From positions 36,543,090-36,607,089 of the forward strand of contig NC_083435.1 of NCBI RefSeq assembly GCF_020745735.1: DNA of 64,000 nt, given 5' to 3'. Shown piece by piece: positions 24,938-37,900 of the stretch (the first letter of the stretch is position 1; every line of letters starts with the position of its first letter). The translations under genes were made by a program, and so were the position numbers. The stretch is from Hemiscyllium ocellatum. Lineage: Eukaryota. Below the pieces are notes generated by a model. That model saw only the letters and a list, made by a program, of their open reading frames with translations. It was not told the origin of the DNA and made no database searches.

Positions 24938-25004
24938 CAGGGACACCAATGGCAGCAAGAGCCGTATAGTATGTCTTCCTGATGCTGTTAAATGGTTCAA
25001 GCAT
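24938..25004 (-). CDS. GPR139-like GPCR, exon 1
   Basis: ATG at 25004 encodes MLEPFNSIRKTYYTALAAIGVP plus G, then a perfect donor GTAAGT. The 67 nt (phase 1) join exon 2 in frame: 978 nt, 325 aa, with a continuous TM1 YYTALAAIGVPVNLMAIGIL. Confidence 0.88.
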
Positions 25005-25879
25005 TTTCGCTGTGAAGTGATTTGCTTATTCGTGCTGAAGAGATCTCTCGAGTACAACTCCGAGACAGTTTATTATCAGAACCTTTTCATTTATTCTCGA
25101 CAGGATCTCCACTGGGACACTGATGTTACCACATTGTTCACACTTATTTTTAAAGGAGAGCATGCAAATGACGACACCAAATTCTGAGAGAATATATTTT
25201 AGCTTTTTGAGACTGAATTGCAATACTTTAATCGCTGATACTTTGGACAATACTGAAGATATATATAGATGTTAAAAATACATTTTATTCCCTAAAGAAA
25301 AGATCGTTAAATACACACAATAACCAGGTAACATAAGGCCCAATTTTGTTTTGTTTATGTCCTTATCACAATTACAACCATTGAAAACATCGAATGCCAC
25401 AATGTCTCTCTGATGTTTTCAGAATCAGGCTGCACATGACAGCAGTAAAATGTTTCTCTTTCCCTCTTATGTCTCTCTCTCTTTCTCTATCACTCACATT
25501 TCCCTTGCTCCATGGGGATCCATTCTCTCACCGTGTTCCCCAAAGGTTTGCATCGCCCCCAAATTGTGCTTCAGGCAGTTTTACATCCCAGGTTTTTACC
25601 CCCTAATTTTGTCCCACCCCCATCACAGTTGCCTGTCTGATGCTCCCTGAATGGCCTCCATTAATACACAATCCATGGGGACACCCAGTCCACAATGCGC
25701 TGCCCTATCATATACTTTGGATTTTCATGCTGTCATAGTGACCTTGACAAACTCTCCCTTGTCTCCCTCTGGCCCTGAGGTACACTTCCTGTTCAAACCC
25801 TCTTTCCCCTCTCTCTCTCTTCCTGTCCTACTTACACTCACACTCTGACCAACTCTCCACCCTTTCTCTGTCCCTTCCT

Positions 25880-26520
25880 AAATGAACCCAATCTCATCAC
25901 ATTCAGATAAAATATGATTCCAGTCTCATTAGATTCTCACTCAGTATCATACTCCACTCCTCATTAACAAAGATCCCAGTCTCGACAGAAACTGAGTGAT
26001 TACTATCTAGTCAGATCCACACTCGGCGATTCCCTTCTAGTCAGATTGAGACAAAGAATGATTTCAGTCGAGCCGGGCTCACAGTCAGAATCATCCTGTG
26101 CTCATCAGATTGACTTTCAGAATATTTTTGGCCGAGTCAGATTTCCACTCAGAATGATGCTGGTCTAATCAGATTCAAATGCAGAATGCTCAGCGTGTAT
26201 TCAGATTCACACTCACGAGGATTCACACTGTCTCGTGTATTCACATTCGGAATAATTTCTGAACTAGACAGATTCAGACACAGATTGATTCTGGCCCACT
26301 CAGATTCACATTTAGGATGACTGCAGTTTTCCAATCAGAGTCAAATTCAGAATGATTCCAGTGGAGTCAGATTCATACTCGGAATAATCCCGGTCAAGTT
26401 GTATTCTCCCTCACAAGGATGTTGGTCTCATCAGATTCCCACTCAGGATGGTTCTCTTCCAGCTGGAGTTACACTCAGCCTGATTCTGATCTGGTGATAT
26501 TTACACTCACAATTAATGTG
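25880..26520. repeat. Degenerate satellite-like array (about 30-33-bp motif cagattcacactcagaatgattccagt), left part
   Basis: Recurrent cagattc(a/c)cactc and gaatgatt motifs; the array continues at 28680-29130 beyond the Tx1 insertion. Confidence 0.7.
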
Positions 26521-26524
26521 GTTG

Positions 26525-28670
26525 TTTTTAATTTCAAAAATAGACTTTATTCATAAAATATTTTGATGATCTGTACAATTGGTCATGCCATATACATGTA
26601 GACATTCCATTTCTTTGCATACAGAGTAATCATTCATATATACGGTCTGTACATTTACTGTGCATATATTTAGCTGGGGGTGTCAGTGGAGCCCAAATGA
26701 CTGCATGGGCCCCCTGTTTTTACGCAGGCAGATGTTAAACGGTGGTCTTTCCCCACCGCGCCTTGGCGGCAGCTGCCCCAAGCTTCAGCGCGTCCCTCAA
26801 CACGTAGTCCTGGACCTTGGAATGTGTCAGTCTGCAACATTCAGTCGGGGTCAACTCCTTCAGCTGGAAGATCAACAGGTTTCGGACCACCCAGAGAGCG
26901 TCCTTCACCGAGTTGATGATCCTCCAGGCACAGTTGATGCTCGTCTCGGTGTGCGTCCCGGGGAACAGGCCGTAGAGCACGGAGTCCCGCGTCACGACGC
27001 TGCTCGGACGAACCTCGACAAACACCACTGCATTCCTCTCCAGACTTCCTCTGCTTAGGCACATTCCAGAAGGAGGTGTGTGACAGTCTCGTACCCCCCG
27101 CAACTGCTTCGAGGGCAGCGTGCGGTGCGGCTGAGAGTCCGGGCGCGCATAAAGGATCTCACAGGCAGAGCCCTTCTCACCACCAGCCAAGCCATGTCTT
27201 GGTGCTTGTTGGAACGTTCTGGCGATGGGGCATTCTGCCAAATGGCTTTGACAGTCTGCTCAGGGAACCGCTCGACAGGATCCGCCCTCTCCTTTTCCCG
27301 AAGGGTCTCAAGGACACTAGGTGCTGACCACTTCCTGATGGACTTGTGGTCAAAGGTGTTTTTCTTCATAAACTTCTCCACGAAGGACAGGTGATACGGA
27401 ACGGTCCAACAACTTGCAGCGTTCCGCGGCAGCGAGGCCAGGCCCATCCTTCACAACACCGGGGACAGGTAGAACCTCAGTACGTAGTGACACTTGGTGT
27501 TTGCGTACCGGGGATCCACGCACAGCTTGATGCAGCCACACACAAAGGTGGCCATCAGGGTGAGGGTGGTATTGGGTGTATTTTTTCCCCCGTTGCCCAG
27601 ATCTTTGTATAGCGAGTCCCTTTTGACCTGGTCCATCTTTGACCTCCATATGAACTGGAAGATGGCCCAGGTGACTGCAGCGGCACAGGTTCTGGGAATA
27701 GGTCAGACCTATGCCACGTTTAATAGCAATGACAGTGCCTCACACTTGATGACCAGGTTTTTTCCTGCGATGGAGAGTGACCGTAGCTTCCATCTGCCCA
27801 GTTTCTGCCTCACTTTGCTGATACACTCCTCCAAAGACTTGGCGCACAACCCAGCCCCCCCCCCCACCCCCTGAACCAAATACCCAGCACCTTCAGGTGG
27901 TCGGTCCTGACGGTGAAGGGGATCGAGGATTGGTCGGCCCAGTTCAGGAAGAGCATGGCCTCGCACTTGCCTCGGTTTACCTTGGCCCCCGAGGCCCATT
28001 CGTACTGGTCACAAATGCACATGAGTCTGTGCACGGACAGTGGATTCGAGCAGAAAACGGCGACGTCATCCATGTACAGGGAGGCCTAAACCTGCAGGCC
28101 CCCACTGCCAGGAATAGTCACCCCTCTCAGGCTCGCATCCTTCCTGATGGACTCAGTAAATAGCTCTATGCAGCACACAAACAAGGCAGGAGAGAGAGGG
28201 CAGCCCTGCCTGACTCCAGATATGACTGGGAAGCTATCTGATTCCCACCCATTGATTGAGACTGCACTGACAATGTTGGTGTAGAGCAGTCTGATCCAAT
28301 TGCAGATTCCATCCCCAAAGCCCATTTTGGAGAGAACATCTCTCATATACCTGTGTGATAGCCTGTCAAAGGCTTGCTCCTGGTCCAGGCTGATCAGGCA
28401 GGCGTCCAACCCTCTGTCCTGCACGTAGGCGATCGTATCCCTGAGGAGTGTGAGACTCTCAGCGATCTTCCTGCCCGGCACAGCACAGGTTTGGTCAGGG
28501 TGAATCACCGACCCCAGAGCAGACCTGACCCGGTTGGCGATTACCTTTGACAGGATTTTGTAATCCGCATTCAACAGTGAGATTGGTCTCCAATTTTTGA
28601 GTTCCTCCCTCACCCCCTTCCGCTTGTAGATGAGGGTGATGATGCCTTTCCTCATGGATTCACTCATGGT
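26525..28670 (-). mobile_element. 5'-truncated L1/Tx1-clade LINE (RT and C-terminal zinc knuckle)
   Basis: ORF 28086-28667 has NWRPISLLNADYKIL and GVRQGCPLSP; then an in-frame TAG before ASLYMDD; CPRSSCGGYETVTHLLLEC; AATAAA and a short A tail at about 26525-26555. Confidence 0.93.
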
Positions 28671-28679
28671 AACTGCCCG

Positions 28680-29130
28680 ATCTGGTCTGATTCACACTCA
28701 ATCATTCGGCACTAGTCAGACTCACTATCAGAGTGATTCTAGAGGAGTCACATTCACACTCAGAATGGGAACCATCTCATCAGATCCACACTCAAAATGC
28801 ACCCAGTTTTATCAGACTGAGCCGAAGAATGATTCCAATCTGTCAGAGTGCCATTCAGCATCATTCTGTGATCCTCAGAGACACTCTCAGGATGCTGCAG
28901 GCCTGTCAGATTGACACACAGATTGTTTTTCTACTCAGGTCGTAGTTAATCCAGTGAATCAGATTCACATTGGGAATGATTCCAGTCCACTCCGATTCAC
29001 ACTCAGATTGATTCTGATCAAGTCAGACTCACACTCTGAATAATTTGGGCCAAGTTATATTCTCACTGAGAATGTTTCTGGTGGAATCATGGTCTCACTG
29101 AGCATGATTCTGGATGAGTCCGAGTGAAAC
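28680..29130. repeat. Degenerate satellite-like array, right part
   Basis: Same cagattcacactc and gaatgattcca motifs as 25880-26520. Confidence 0.7.
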
Positions 29131-29284
29131 TGCCAATGTTTCCGATCCAAACAAAACCAAGTTGGAAACCTGAAACAAAACCAGAAATTGCTGGAAGATC
29201 TCAGCAAGTGCTTCAGCATCTGTGGAGAGAAATCAGAGTTAATATTTTGGGCCCAGTTACTCTTCTTCAGAACTGACTGTATTT

Positions 29285-30250
29285 GGGAAACAGACCCTTC
29301 CATTCAACTCATCAGGCCAACCAGATACCCTGAACTGATCTCATCCCATTTGCCAGCATTTGACCTGTATGCCTCTAAACCCTTCCTGCCCATGTGCTGG
29401 TCCAGATACCTTGTAAATGTTCTATTTTCACACAACTCCATCACTTCCTCTGGCAATTCATTCCATCCACCCAACACCCACCGAGTGAAAATGTTGCTGT
29501 TCAGGTCCCTTTCCAAGCTTCCCCCTCCTCCCTTAAACCTGTGCACCTCTAGTTATGAACTGCAACAGCTTGGGGAAAAAATTACTTTGATTATTCATCC
29601 TGTCCAAGTCTCTCATGATTATATGAGCCTCCATAAAGTCAATCCTCAGCCTCTGACTCTCCAGTGGAAAAAGCCTCAGCATATTCAGCCTCTCTCTGTA
29701 TCTCAAACCTGCCTCATTCCTGGCAGCATCCTTGTAAATCTTTTGTGAACCCTTTGATGTTTGATAACATCCTTCCTGCAGCAGGGAGACCAGAATTGAA
29801 TGTAATGTTGTAAAAGTGGCCAAGCCAATGTCCTGTACTGCCACAACATGACCTCCCAATTCTTATACTCAATGCTCTGACCAATAAAGGAAAGCATACC
29901 AAATACCTTCTTCACTATCCTATCTACCTGCGTCTCCACTTCCAAGAAGATATGAAACTGCACTGACAGCATCCTTCCTATAGCAGGGAGAATTGAATGT
30001 AATATTTCAAAAGTGGCATAACCAATGTCCTGTACAGCCAGAAAATGAGATCCTAACTCCGAAACTCAATGCACTGATCAATGACGGCAGGGTCTCCCAA
30101 TGCCTTTTTCACCACCCTGTCTCCCCGTGACTCCACTTTTAAGGAACTGAACTTCCAGCCCTCAGTCTCTTTGTTCAGCAACACACCCCGGGGCCCTAAC
30201 GTTATCTGGATAAGTCCTCTGCTGATTTGCCGAAGAAAAATGCAACATCT
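29285..30250 (-). mobile_element. CR1-type LINE 3' fragments
   Basis: IVKKVFGMLSFIGQSIEYKNWEVMLWQYRTL (ORF 29703-29972) and a CR1 3' UTR. Confidence 0.85.
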
Positions 30251-30279
30251 CACATTTACCTCAAAACGACCTTGTCACT

Positions 30280-33195
30280 TGTGAGGACAGCGTGGAACAG
30301 GCGGATACACTTGAACAGGTCGGAGTAAAGACTGAGGATATGCTGGAAAGTTTGAAAAACATGGGGCTAGGTAAGTCCTCTGGGCCAGACGGGATATACC
30401 CAAGGTTACTAGGAGAAGCAAGGCAAGAGATTGCTGTTCCTTTGGTGATGACCTTTGCACCCTCACGATCCACTGGAGTAGTAGCAGATGATTGAAGGAT
30501 GGCAAAAACTATTCCCTTGTTCAAGAAAGGGAATAGGGATAACCCTGGGAATTAAAGAGCAGTCAGTCTTATATCGGTGGTGTGGAAAGTATTGGAGAGC
30601 ATCGTGAGAAACAGGATTTATCATTATTTGGAAAAGCACAGCTTGGTTAAAGATGGTTTTGTGAGGGGCAGGTCATGCCTCACAAGCCTTATTGAACTCT
30701 TTTGAGGATGTGAGAAGAATGAACCAGGCCAGGTGTTAGATTTGGAAGTAGGTGAGCACTTTGGTGATAGTGATCACAATTTATTTTCATTTACGTTAGC
30801 AATGGAAAGGGATAGATATATAGCGCAAGGCAAGCGTTATAGTTGGGGAAAAACAATTATGAGGAGATTAGGCAAGATTTAGGATGTATAGGGTGGGGAA
30901 GGAAACTGCAGGGGATGGGCCCAATTGAAATGTGGAGCTTATTCAAGGAACAGCTACTGCATGTCCTTAATGAGTATGTATCTGTCAGGCAGGGAGGAAA
31001 TGGTCGAGCGAGGGAACTGTGGTTTACAAAAGAAGTTGAATCTCTTGTCAAGTGGGGAAGGAGGCTTCTGCTAAAATGAGGTGTGAAGGCTCAGCTAGGG
31101 TGCTTGGGAGATACAAGTTAGCCAGGAAGGAGCTAAAGAGGGAGATAAGAGGATCAGGAGGGGACAGGAGAAGTCATTGGCAGGAAAACCCTCAAGCTTT
31201 TTATAGGTATGTCAGGAAGAAAGTAATGACTAGAGTTAGATTAGGGCCAGGTGAAAATGAGGACAGCAGATCCTGGAGAATAGAGTCGAGGGTATGGTGC
31301 TGGAAAAGCACAGCAGGTCAGGCAACATCCAAGGATCAGGAAAAACAGCAGAAGCAATTAATCAGGAATGAGGCTGGGAGCCTCGGGGCTGGAGAAATAA
31401 ATGGGAAGGAGGGTGGGGCTCAGGGAATGGGAGCTGACAGTGCAATAGGTGGATGGAGGTGGGGGTAATGGTGACAGGTCAGAGCAGAGGGTGGAGCAGA
31501 TAGGTGCGAAAGAAGATGGACTGGTGGGACAGATCATAGGGTGGTGCTGAGCTGGAAGGTTGGAACTGGAGTAATGTGGAAAGAGGGAAATTGGTGAAAT
31601 CCACCAAGGCAGAAGGTGAAGCGTTCCTCCTCCAGGCATCAGGTGGGAAGGGAGTGGCGATGGAGGAGGCCCAGGACCTGCATGTCCTTGGTGGAGTGGG
31701 AGGAAGAATTGAAGTGTTTGGCCGCGGGGCAGTGGGGTTGGTTGGTGTGGGTGTCCTGGAGATGCTTTCTGAAGCGTTCTGTGACTAGGTGTCCTGTCTC
31801 CCTAATGTAGAGGGAAGCACATCAGGAGCAACAGGTACAGTGAATGACATGTGTGGAGGTGCAGGTAAAACTCTGATGGATCTGGGGCCTTGGACAGTGG
31901 GGAGGGGGGAGGTGTGGGTGCAGGTTTTGTAATTCCTGTGGTGGCAGGGGAAGGTGCCAGGAAGGGAAGGGTGGGTAGTTGGCGGGCGTGGACCTGGCCA
32001 AGTGGTCGCCAGGGTTTTTAAAAATCCATTAAGGACAAAAGGGTAACTGGGGAGAGAATAGGACCCCTCAAAGATCAGCAAGGTGGCCTTTATGTGGAGG
32101 TACAGGAGACAGGGGAGTTACTAAATGAGTATTTTGCATCAGTGTTTATTGTGGAAAACGACATGGAAGACATAGAACGTAGGGAAATAATTGGTGACAT
32201 CTTGAAAAATGTCCATATTACAGAGGAGGAAGTTCTGGATGTTTTACAACACATAATAATGACCTGATCAGGTGTGTCCTAGAACTTTGTGGGAAGCTAG
32301 GGAAGTGATTGCTGGGCCTCTTGCTGAGATTTTTGTATCATCGGTAGTCATGGGTGGGGTGCCGGAAGACTGAAGGTTGGCTAACGTGGTGCCACTGTTT
32401 AAGCAGGTGGTAAGGACAAGCCAGGGAACTATAGACCAGTGAACTTGCCGTTGGTGGTGAGCAAGTTGTTGGAGGGAATCTTGAGGGACAGGATGTATAT
32501 GTATTTGGAAAGGAAAGGACTGGTTGGGGATAGTCACATGTCTTTGTGCATGGGAAATCATGTCTCACAAACTTGATTGAGTTTTTGTGAAGAAGGAACA
32601 AAGAGGATTGGTGAGGTCAGAGCGGTGAGCATGATCTATATGGACTTCAGTAAGGCATTCAACAAGGTTCCCCATGGGAGACTGATTAGCAAGGATAGAG
32701 TTCATGGAATACATGGAGAACCAGCCATTTGGATACAGAACTGGGTCAAAGGTAGACAGCAGAGGGTGGTGGTGGAGGGTTGTTTTTCAGACTGGAAACC
32801 TGTGACCAGTGGAGTGCCACAAGGATCAGTGCTGGGTCCTCTACTTTTCATCATTTACATAGATCAGTTGCAGATAGGGGTGGAAGAGTGGAAGATGGAG
32901 GTCAATCGAGGTAAGTGTGAGGTGATGCGTTTTGGGAGATGAGATGTTAAGCAAAAGAATACCTTTAATGGCAGGACTCTGAACAGCATTGATATACAGA
33001 AGGATCTTGGGGTTCAAGTCCATAGCTCCCTGAAAGTGACCACCCAAGTAGAGAGGGTGGTAAAGAAGGCATATGGCACGCTTGCCTTTACAGTCGGGGA
33101 ATTGATTAAAAGAGTCAGGATGTCATATTGCAGCTTTGTAAGATTGTTCCACTTAGGCCACACTTCGAGTATTGCATTCAATTCTGGTCGTCACA
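30280..33195 (+). mobile_element. Mosaic of CR1-type LINE fragments interrupted by a minus-strand PLE 3' fragment (about 31255-32010)
   Basis: [29 protein letters not shown] and [16 protein letters not shown] (ORF 32577-32942); the PLE terminal repeat tggtgctggaaaagcacagcagg at about 31295. Confidence 0.8.
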
Positions 33196-36100
33196 TTACC
33201 AGGCCCCTCTCCCTGTTCAGACTTTTCCTGCACCATTACATCAAACAGGGTGTCCATTCACTGAACTTCAACTCCTTCATCTTTCTCTTTAGTTTTTCCT
33301 TTGTGCTATGAATTATGACGGTGGGATCTTGTTACTACACAGTCTGGGAAAATTCCAGGGTATTTTTCTTTTAACTCCTCAGTTCCCTGGTCTTCCTTTG
33401 GTTTCTCCACAACAAGGGGTGTCACTCCCACCTTGGATCCTGCTAGATCGTTCCCAAGAATAACTATATTCCTGGAACTGACCCTCTGTCCATCACTCCC
33501 ACTGTTACTTCCCCAGCCTTGATTTGACTCTCCAACCTGATCTTACACTGGAGAACACGAAATGTCCATCTATTCCACAAACTACCACTGTCTCAGGTCA
33601 CATGTCAGATACAGTGCAAATACAGTCATCTCTTTCTATTAGCGTCTGATTGAATTCCTTATCTTTCAAAATTTTAACATCTTTGCCTTCTCCCCCCTTC
33701 TTTCTGAATAAACTTTCCCCATGGAGGTGATGTCTTTATAGAGACCAGGCACTAACTCAGTCCCCAGCCCGTGCCGAGGCTGTGCACTCTCCTGCAGATC
33801 CTCGACTTCCCTTGGGGTTTCCTTCCCCAATGTCACTAATGCCACTGGCTTCGCCTCCTTTACCACATTTTGTCCCATAGTGCCTTTCTTCAACAACCAG
33901 CACTGTGACTTTCCATGTCCCACCTTCCCATATCCTGCCTTTCACCTCCTTTCCATCCTTTTGGGCTTCTTCTTTCACCTGTGGTAAACGATTCCCTGTG
34001 TGCTCTCCTCTTTGTTGTGTAGTGTAGGATCTCCCCTTCTCCCAGTTTCTATCCCTCACAGGATGAAATGCTTGCTGGAAGCTGAAATTTGCCGTATGTA
34101 CCAACGCACATTCTTCTGCCAGCTCTGCTGCTCCTCTCACTTTTTGCACTCTCTGTTCATCCAGATAAATTCTTATCATCTCTGGACATGAGTTTTTAAA
34201 CTCCTCCAGCAAAATAATCTCTCTGAGAGCCTCATCGGTCTTATCTAGTTTTAAGGCCTGCACCCATCTATCACAATTACCGTGTGTAATGCTTTTGAAC
34301 GCAGTGTAAGTCTGACCTGGTTCCTGCTTTCTGTTTGAATCACTGTCGATATGCTTCTGGTACCAATTCATGAGCTCCCAAAGTAGCCTGTTTGCCATCT
34401 GCATGATCTCTTGACCCATCATCTGACAGTGTTGCCTATATCTCACTCAAACTGCCTCCCAGCTCAGTCTGACCTAGCATTACCCACAAGTTCTCTGATC
34501 ACTCCATCCACCACACCAATTTTTTTAACTGACATAAAGACAGCTTCGACATCTTTCTCATCAACATGTGGCAATGTTTAAACACTTTTCAAAAATTCAT
34601 TTGCAGGATTTGGGTGTCGCTGGCTGGGTCAGCATTGATAGCCCATCCCTATTTACCCTGGAGAAGGTAGTGGGGAGCTTCTTGAATCACTGCAGTCCAC
34701 GTGCTGTGGGTTAACACACAGTGCCGGTAGGGAGGGAAGTCCTGGATTTTGACCCAGTGACTGTGAAGGAACGGCGGTATATTTCCAAGTCAGGATGGTG
34801 AGTGGCTTGGAGGGGAACTTGCAGGGGGTGGTGTTCCCAAGTACCTGCTGCCCTTGTCCTTCTCGATGGAAGTAGTCGTGGGTTTGGAAGGTGCTGTCTA
34901 AGGATCTTTGGTGAATTTCTGCAGTTTGTCTTGTAGATAGTGCACACGCTGCTACTGAGCACTGGTGGTGGAGGGATTGAAGGTTTGTGGATGTGGTGCT
35001 AATCAAGTGGGGGCTGCTTTGTCCTGGATGGTGTCAAGTTCCTTGAGTGTTGTTGGAGCTGGACCCATCCAGTGCAAGTCGGGGGGATCCCATCACACCC
35101 CCGCCTTGTGCCTGTAGATGGTGGATCGACTTTGGGGGGTCAGGAGGCGGGTTACCTGCTGCTGTATCCCATGTCTCTGACCTGCTCTTGCAGCCACTGT
35201 GTTTATGTGGTGAGTCCAATTGTGTTTCTGGTCAGTAGTGATCCCAAGGATGTTGACAGTCGGGGATTCAGTGATGGTAATACCATTGAATGCCAAGGGG
35301 CAGTGGTTAGAGTGTCTCTTATTGGTGATGGTCATTGTCTGGTATATTTATATGATTTTGGTTACTTGTGGTTGGTTAAATTAAAAGTGAGGGAAATGGC
35401 TCTTAAGAATTGCAGAAGAGGTATGTCCTTCCACTATCTTTCTAAATGGTGCGAATGTTACTTGCCACTTGTCAGCCCAGCCTGAATATTGTCCAGGTCG
35501 TGTTGCATTTGAGCACGGACTCCTTCAGTACTTGAGGAGTCGCGAATGGTGCTGAACGCTGTGTAACCATCAGCGAACATCCCCACTTCTGACCTTATGG
35601 CAGAGGGAAGGTCATTGATGAAGCAGCTGAAGATGGTTGGGCCTAGGACACTACCCTGAGGGACTCCTGCAGAGATGTCCTGGAGCTGAGATGACTGACT
35701 CTCCACAACAACAACAACTCCATTTGTATATCTCACTACCTTTTCTCTGCATCTCCATCCTTTTCATTTGATACCTGACTAATTCACAACTTCCGAAAAC
35801 CAAATTCTCTCTCCTTTCTCTTCCTCTTTGCTCAGCTCTTTCTTTCATTTTCCTCTCTCTCACTCTCTCTCTCGCTCTTCTCTCATGGCTCTTCTTCTCT
35901 TCCTTTATCATCTAACTCCATTTGTCTCAATTGCAATTTAAGTTTTTCGAACTCTACTGCATTGGTCTGTTTCTCTGATACACCAAAGTGCTTGACCAAC
36001 TCCATGACAATTTCAGCTTTACTTTTGTCCCTGGTTAAACCCAACTCTAACCTACTTGCTAATTTTTAAAATATGTCCTTCCACTATCTTTCAAAATGTT

Positions 36101-37178
36101 TTTGGCAAATTTGGGAAACAAATTTTCTTCAAACTCCAGAACCTCCTCAGCAATTCTTAAGAGCCATTTCCCTCACTTTTAACTTAACCAACCACAAGTA
36201 ACCAAAATCATATAAATTGCCTCACCTACCATTTACTTAAAAATCCAGGAGACTAATTAGCAAGTGGTTAAATCTGCTGGGATCTTTCAAACCCCAAATC
36301 TGTTCAAATCTCTCCTAATCTCAGACTGGATCTGTCTAAACCTGTCCAACTCACAGACCCAAGCCCCCAGACTGTTAGGACATGGGGTAAACTCTTCTGC
36401 TAATTAAACCAAACACACAGAAAAGCTCATCTCACCTTGTAATCTGTTAAAATATGAGTGACAGAGAACTCACAAATTTCACTCTTTAATGAAAATAACG
36501 TCAGTTTATTTTTGTAATTCTAAAAGTGAACATTAACCAACAACTGTTCACAACTCTGAGACCCCATTTCTCATATCTGATTATTACCTGCCTCCAACTG
36601 TATAACAATATACTGTTCCAGTAAGACACTTATTAAAATTACATCAACTTAATTTCAAAACCACACAACAGCTGTCGTCATCGGTGTCTTTCTTCTTCTG
36701 GCTGTAGATCTCCCTGGGTCGTCACCTTTCTTTATCATTTGATCATGCTTCATATGAACAGGTACCTTTGATAGATCGTGTTTCCTAATTTCTTGGATCT
36801 GTGTTGATGGCAGTTGCTCTGTCTGATTTTCAAACTGCCTGCCTTTTTTAAATTCCCAACATTGGATCGTCTCATTGGGTCAACATTCGCAAGACAATAA
36901 ATTGAAACTTGATTATGTTTTAGTATCCTGGGGCATAATTTAAACTGATTGATTAAATTCAAATTGCTGTCAAAACAGCAATTGCACAGCTAATTGATGC
37001 ATGTTTCAATTTCAGAACTGCCTGTAATATGCATTTGCTTATTAACTCGGTCTCTGTGTTAAATGTTAAGCTTAGATAAGCACTTTATCTCTTAAAGAGA
37101 CCACGCACTCTTTCCTCCTATCATTTTAACAAACAAATTCCATTCCACTTCAGGAGTACTCTACACAACTTCATAACA
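33195..37178 (-). mobile_element. Gmr1-like (SCAN-bearing Gypsy) LTR retrotransposon remnant: LTR, PBS, gag, protease
   Basis: LTR 37178-36373 (TGTTATG...CCTAACA) then PBS-like TGGGGGCTTG. ORF 33757-34446 has CDRWVQALK...ALREIILLEEFKNSCP..IRIYLDEQRV..V..AAELAEE; knuckle remnant GHGKSQC; protease ILGNDLAGSKV then FPDCVVTRS. Confidence 0.82.
34610..35730 (-). mobile_element. L2-type LINE 3' fragment inserted into the Gmr1-like gag
   Basis: [23 protein letters not shown]...MFADG (ORF 35458-35736); the 3' tail is shared with the SINEs at 20588 and 52423. Confidence 0.8.
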
Positions 37179-37574
37179 ATATATTTGTAATTATTTCTGA
37201 CACCGGAAATTTGGAATTCAGACGATCTGACTAATTTTGTCCAAAGACCTGAAGGCATAGGACCAGAACTCGATCATCCAGCTCATTAGTTCCTGCTTCA
37301 TGATGTGATTAAATCATGGCTGATCTGATAATCTTACAACTGCATTTTCCTCCCTGACCCTGACTGATTAATAATCTGTCTGTCTCAGCCTCGAAAATAC
37401 TTAATAAACAAGCCTTGAAAGCCCAATGTGATACAGAATTCCAGAGATTCATCACCCCAAAAATCACTCCTTAAATAGCTAACCCCTTACTCTGGGTTGA
37501 AGCCCTCTTGTCTTCAACTCTTCTACAAAGAGAAATAATCTTTTCACATCTCCCCGTCTAATTTCTAAAAACAT

Positions 37575-37900
37575 TCCGGTGATCTGAATATTGACTGATG
37601 CCTGTGCCATTCTTGAAGGACATTCGTCATTTGGACAAGCACTGTCAGTCTGGAGATTTCCTGACTGCTTTCTGAGATCTTCCCCGGGCATGGCATACAG
37701 GGGACATTTTGTGTCCCACTTTGTGGACAGGTACCTGGAGGCCCTACTGAGCAGGGTGATGCAGAGGAGGGGTGTCCTCTTTCCCCAGGACCACAGAGAA
37801 TGCTATGGGTATAGATCCTGCCAGTCTGCCCTGACATTGCCAGTCAGGTCAGTGCAGTGTCGGCTGATTGGAGGAATGTCCAGCAGTGTAGGAAGGGGAT
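37575..37900 (-). mobile_element. Possible old Tx1-type ORF2 fragment
   Basis: Minus-strand translation CTDLTGNVRADWQDLY...ITLLSRASRYLSTKWDTK loosely resembles Tx1 ORF2 C-terminal regions. Confidence 0.35.

Noticed and set aside
18664-25004. Assigning the symbol GPR139
   Set aside because: Family resemblance only; orthology cannot be shown without a phylogeny, and many paralogues are expected.
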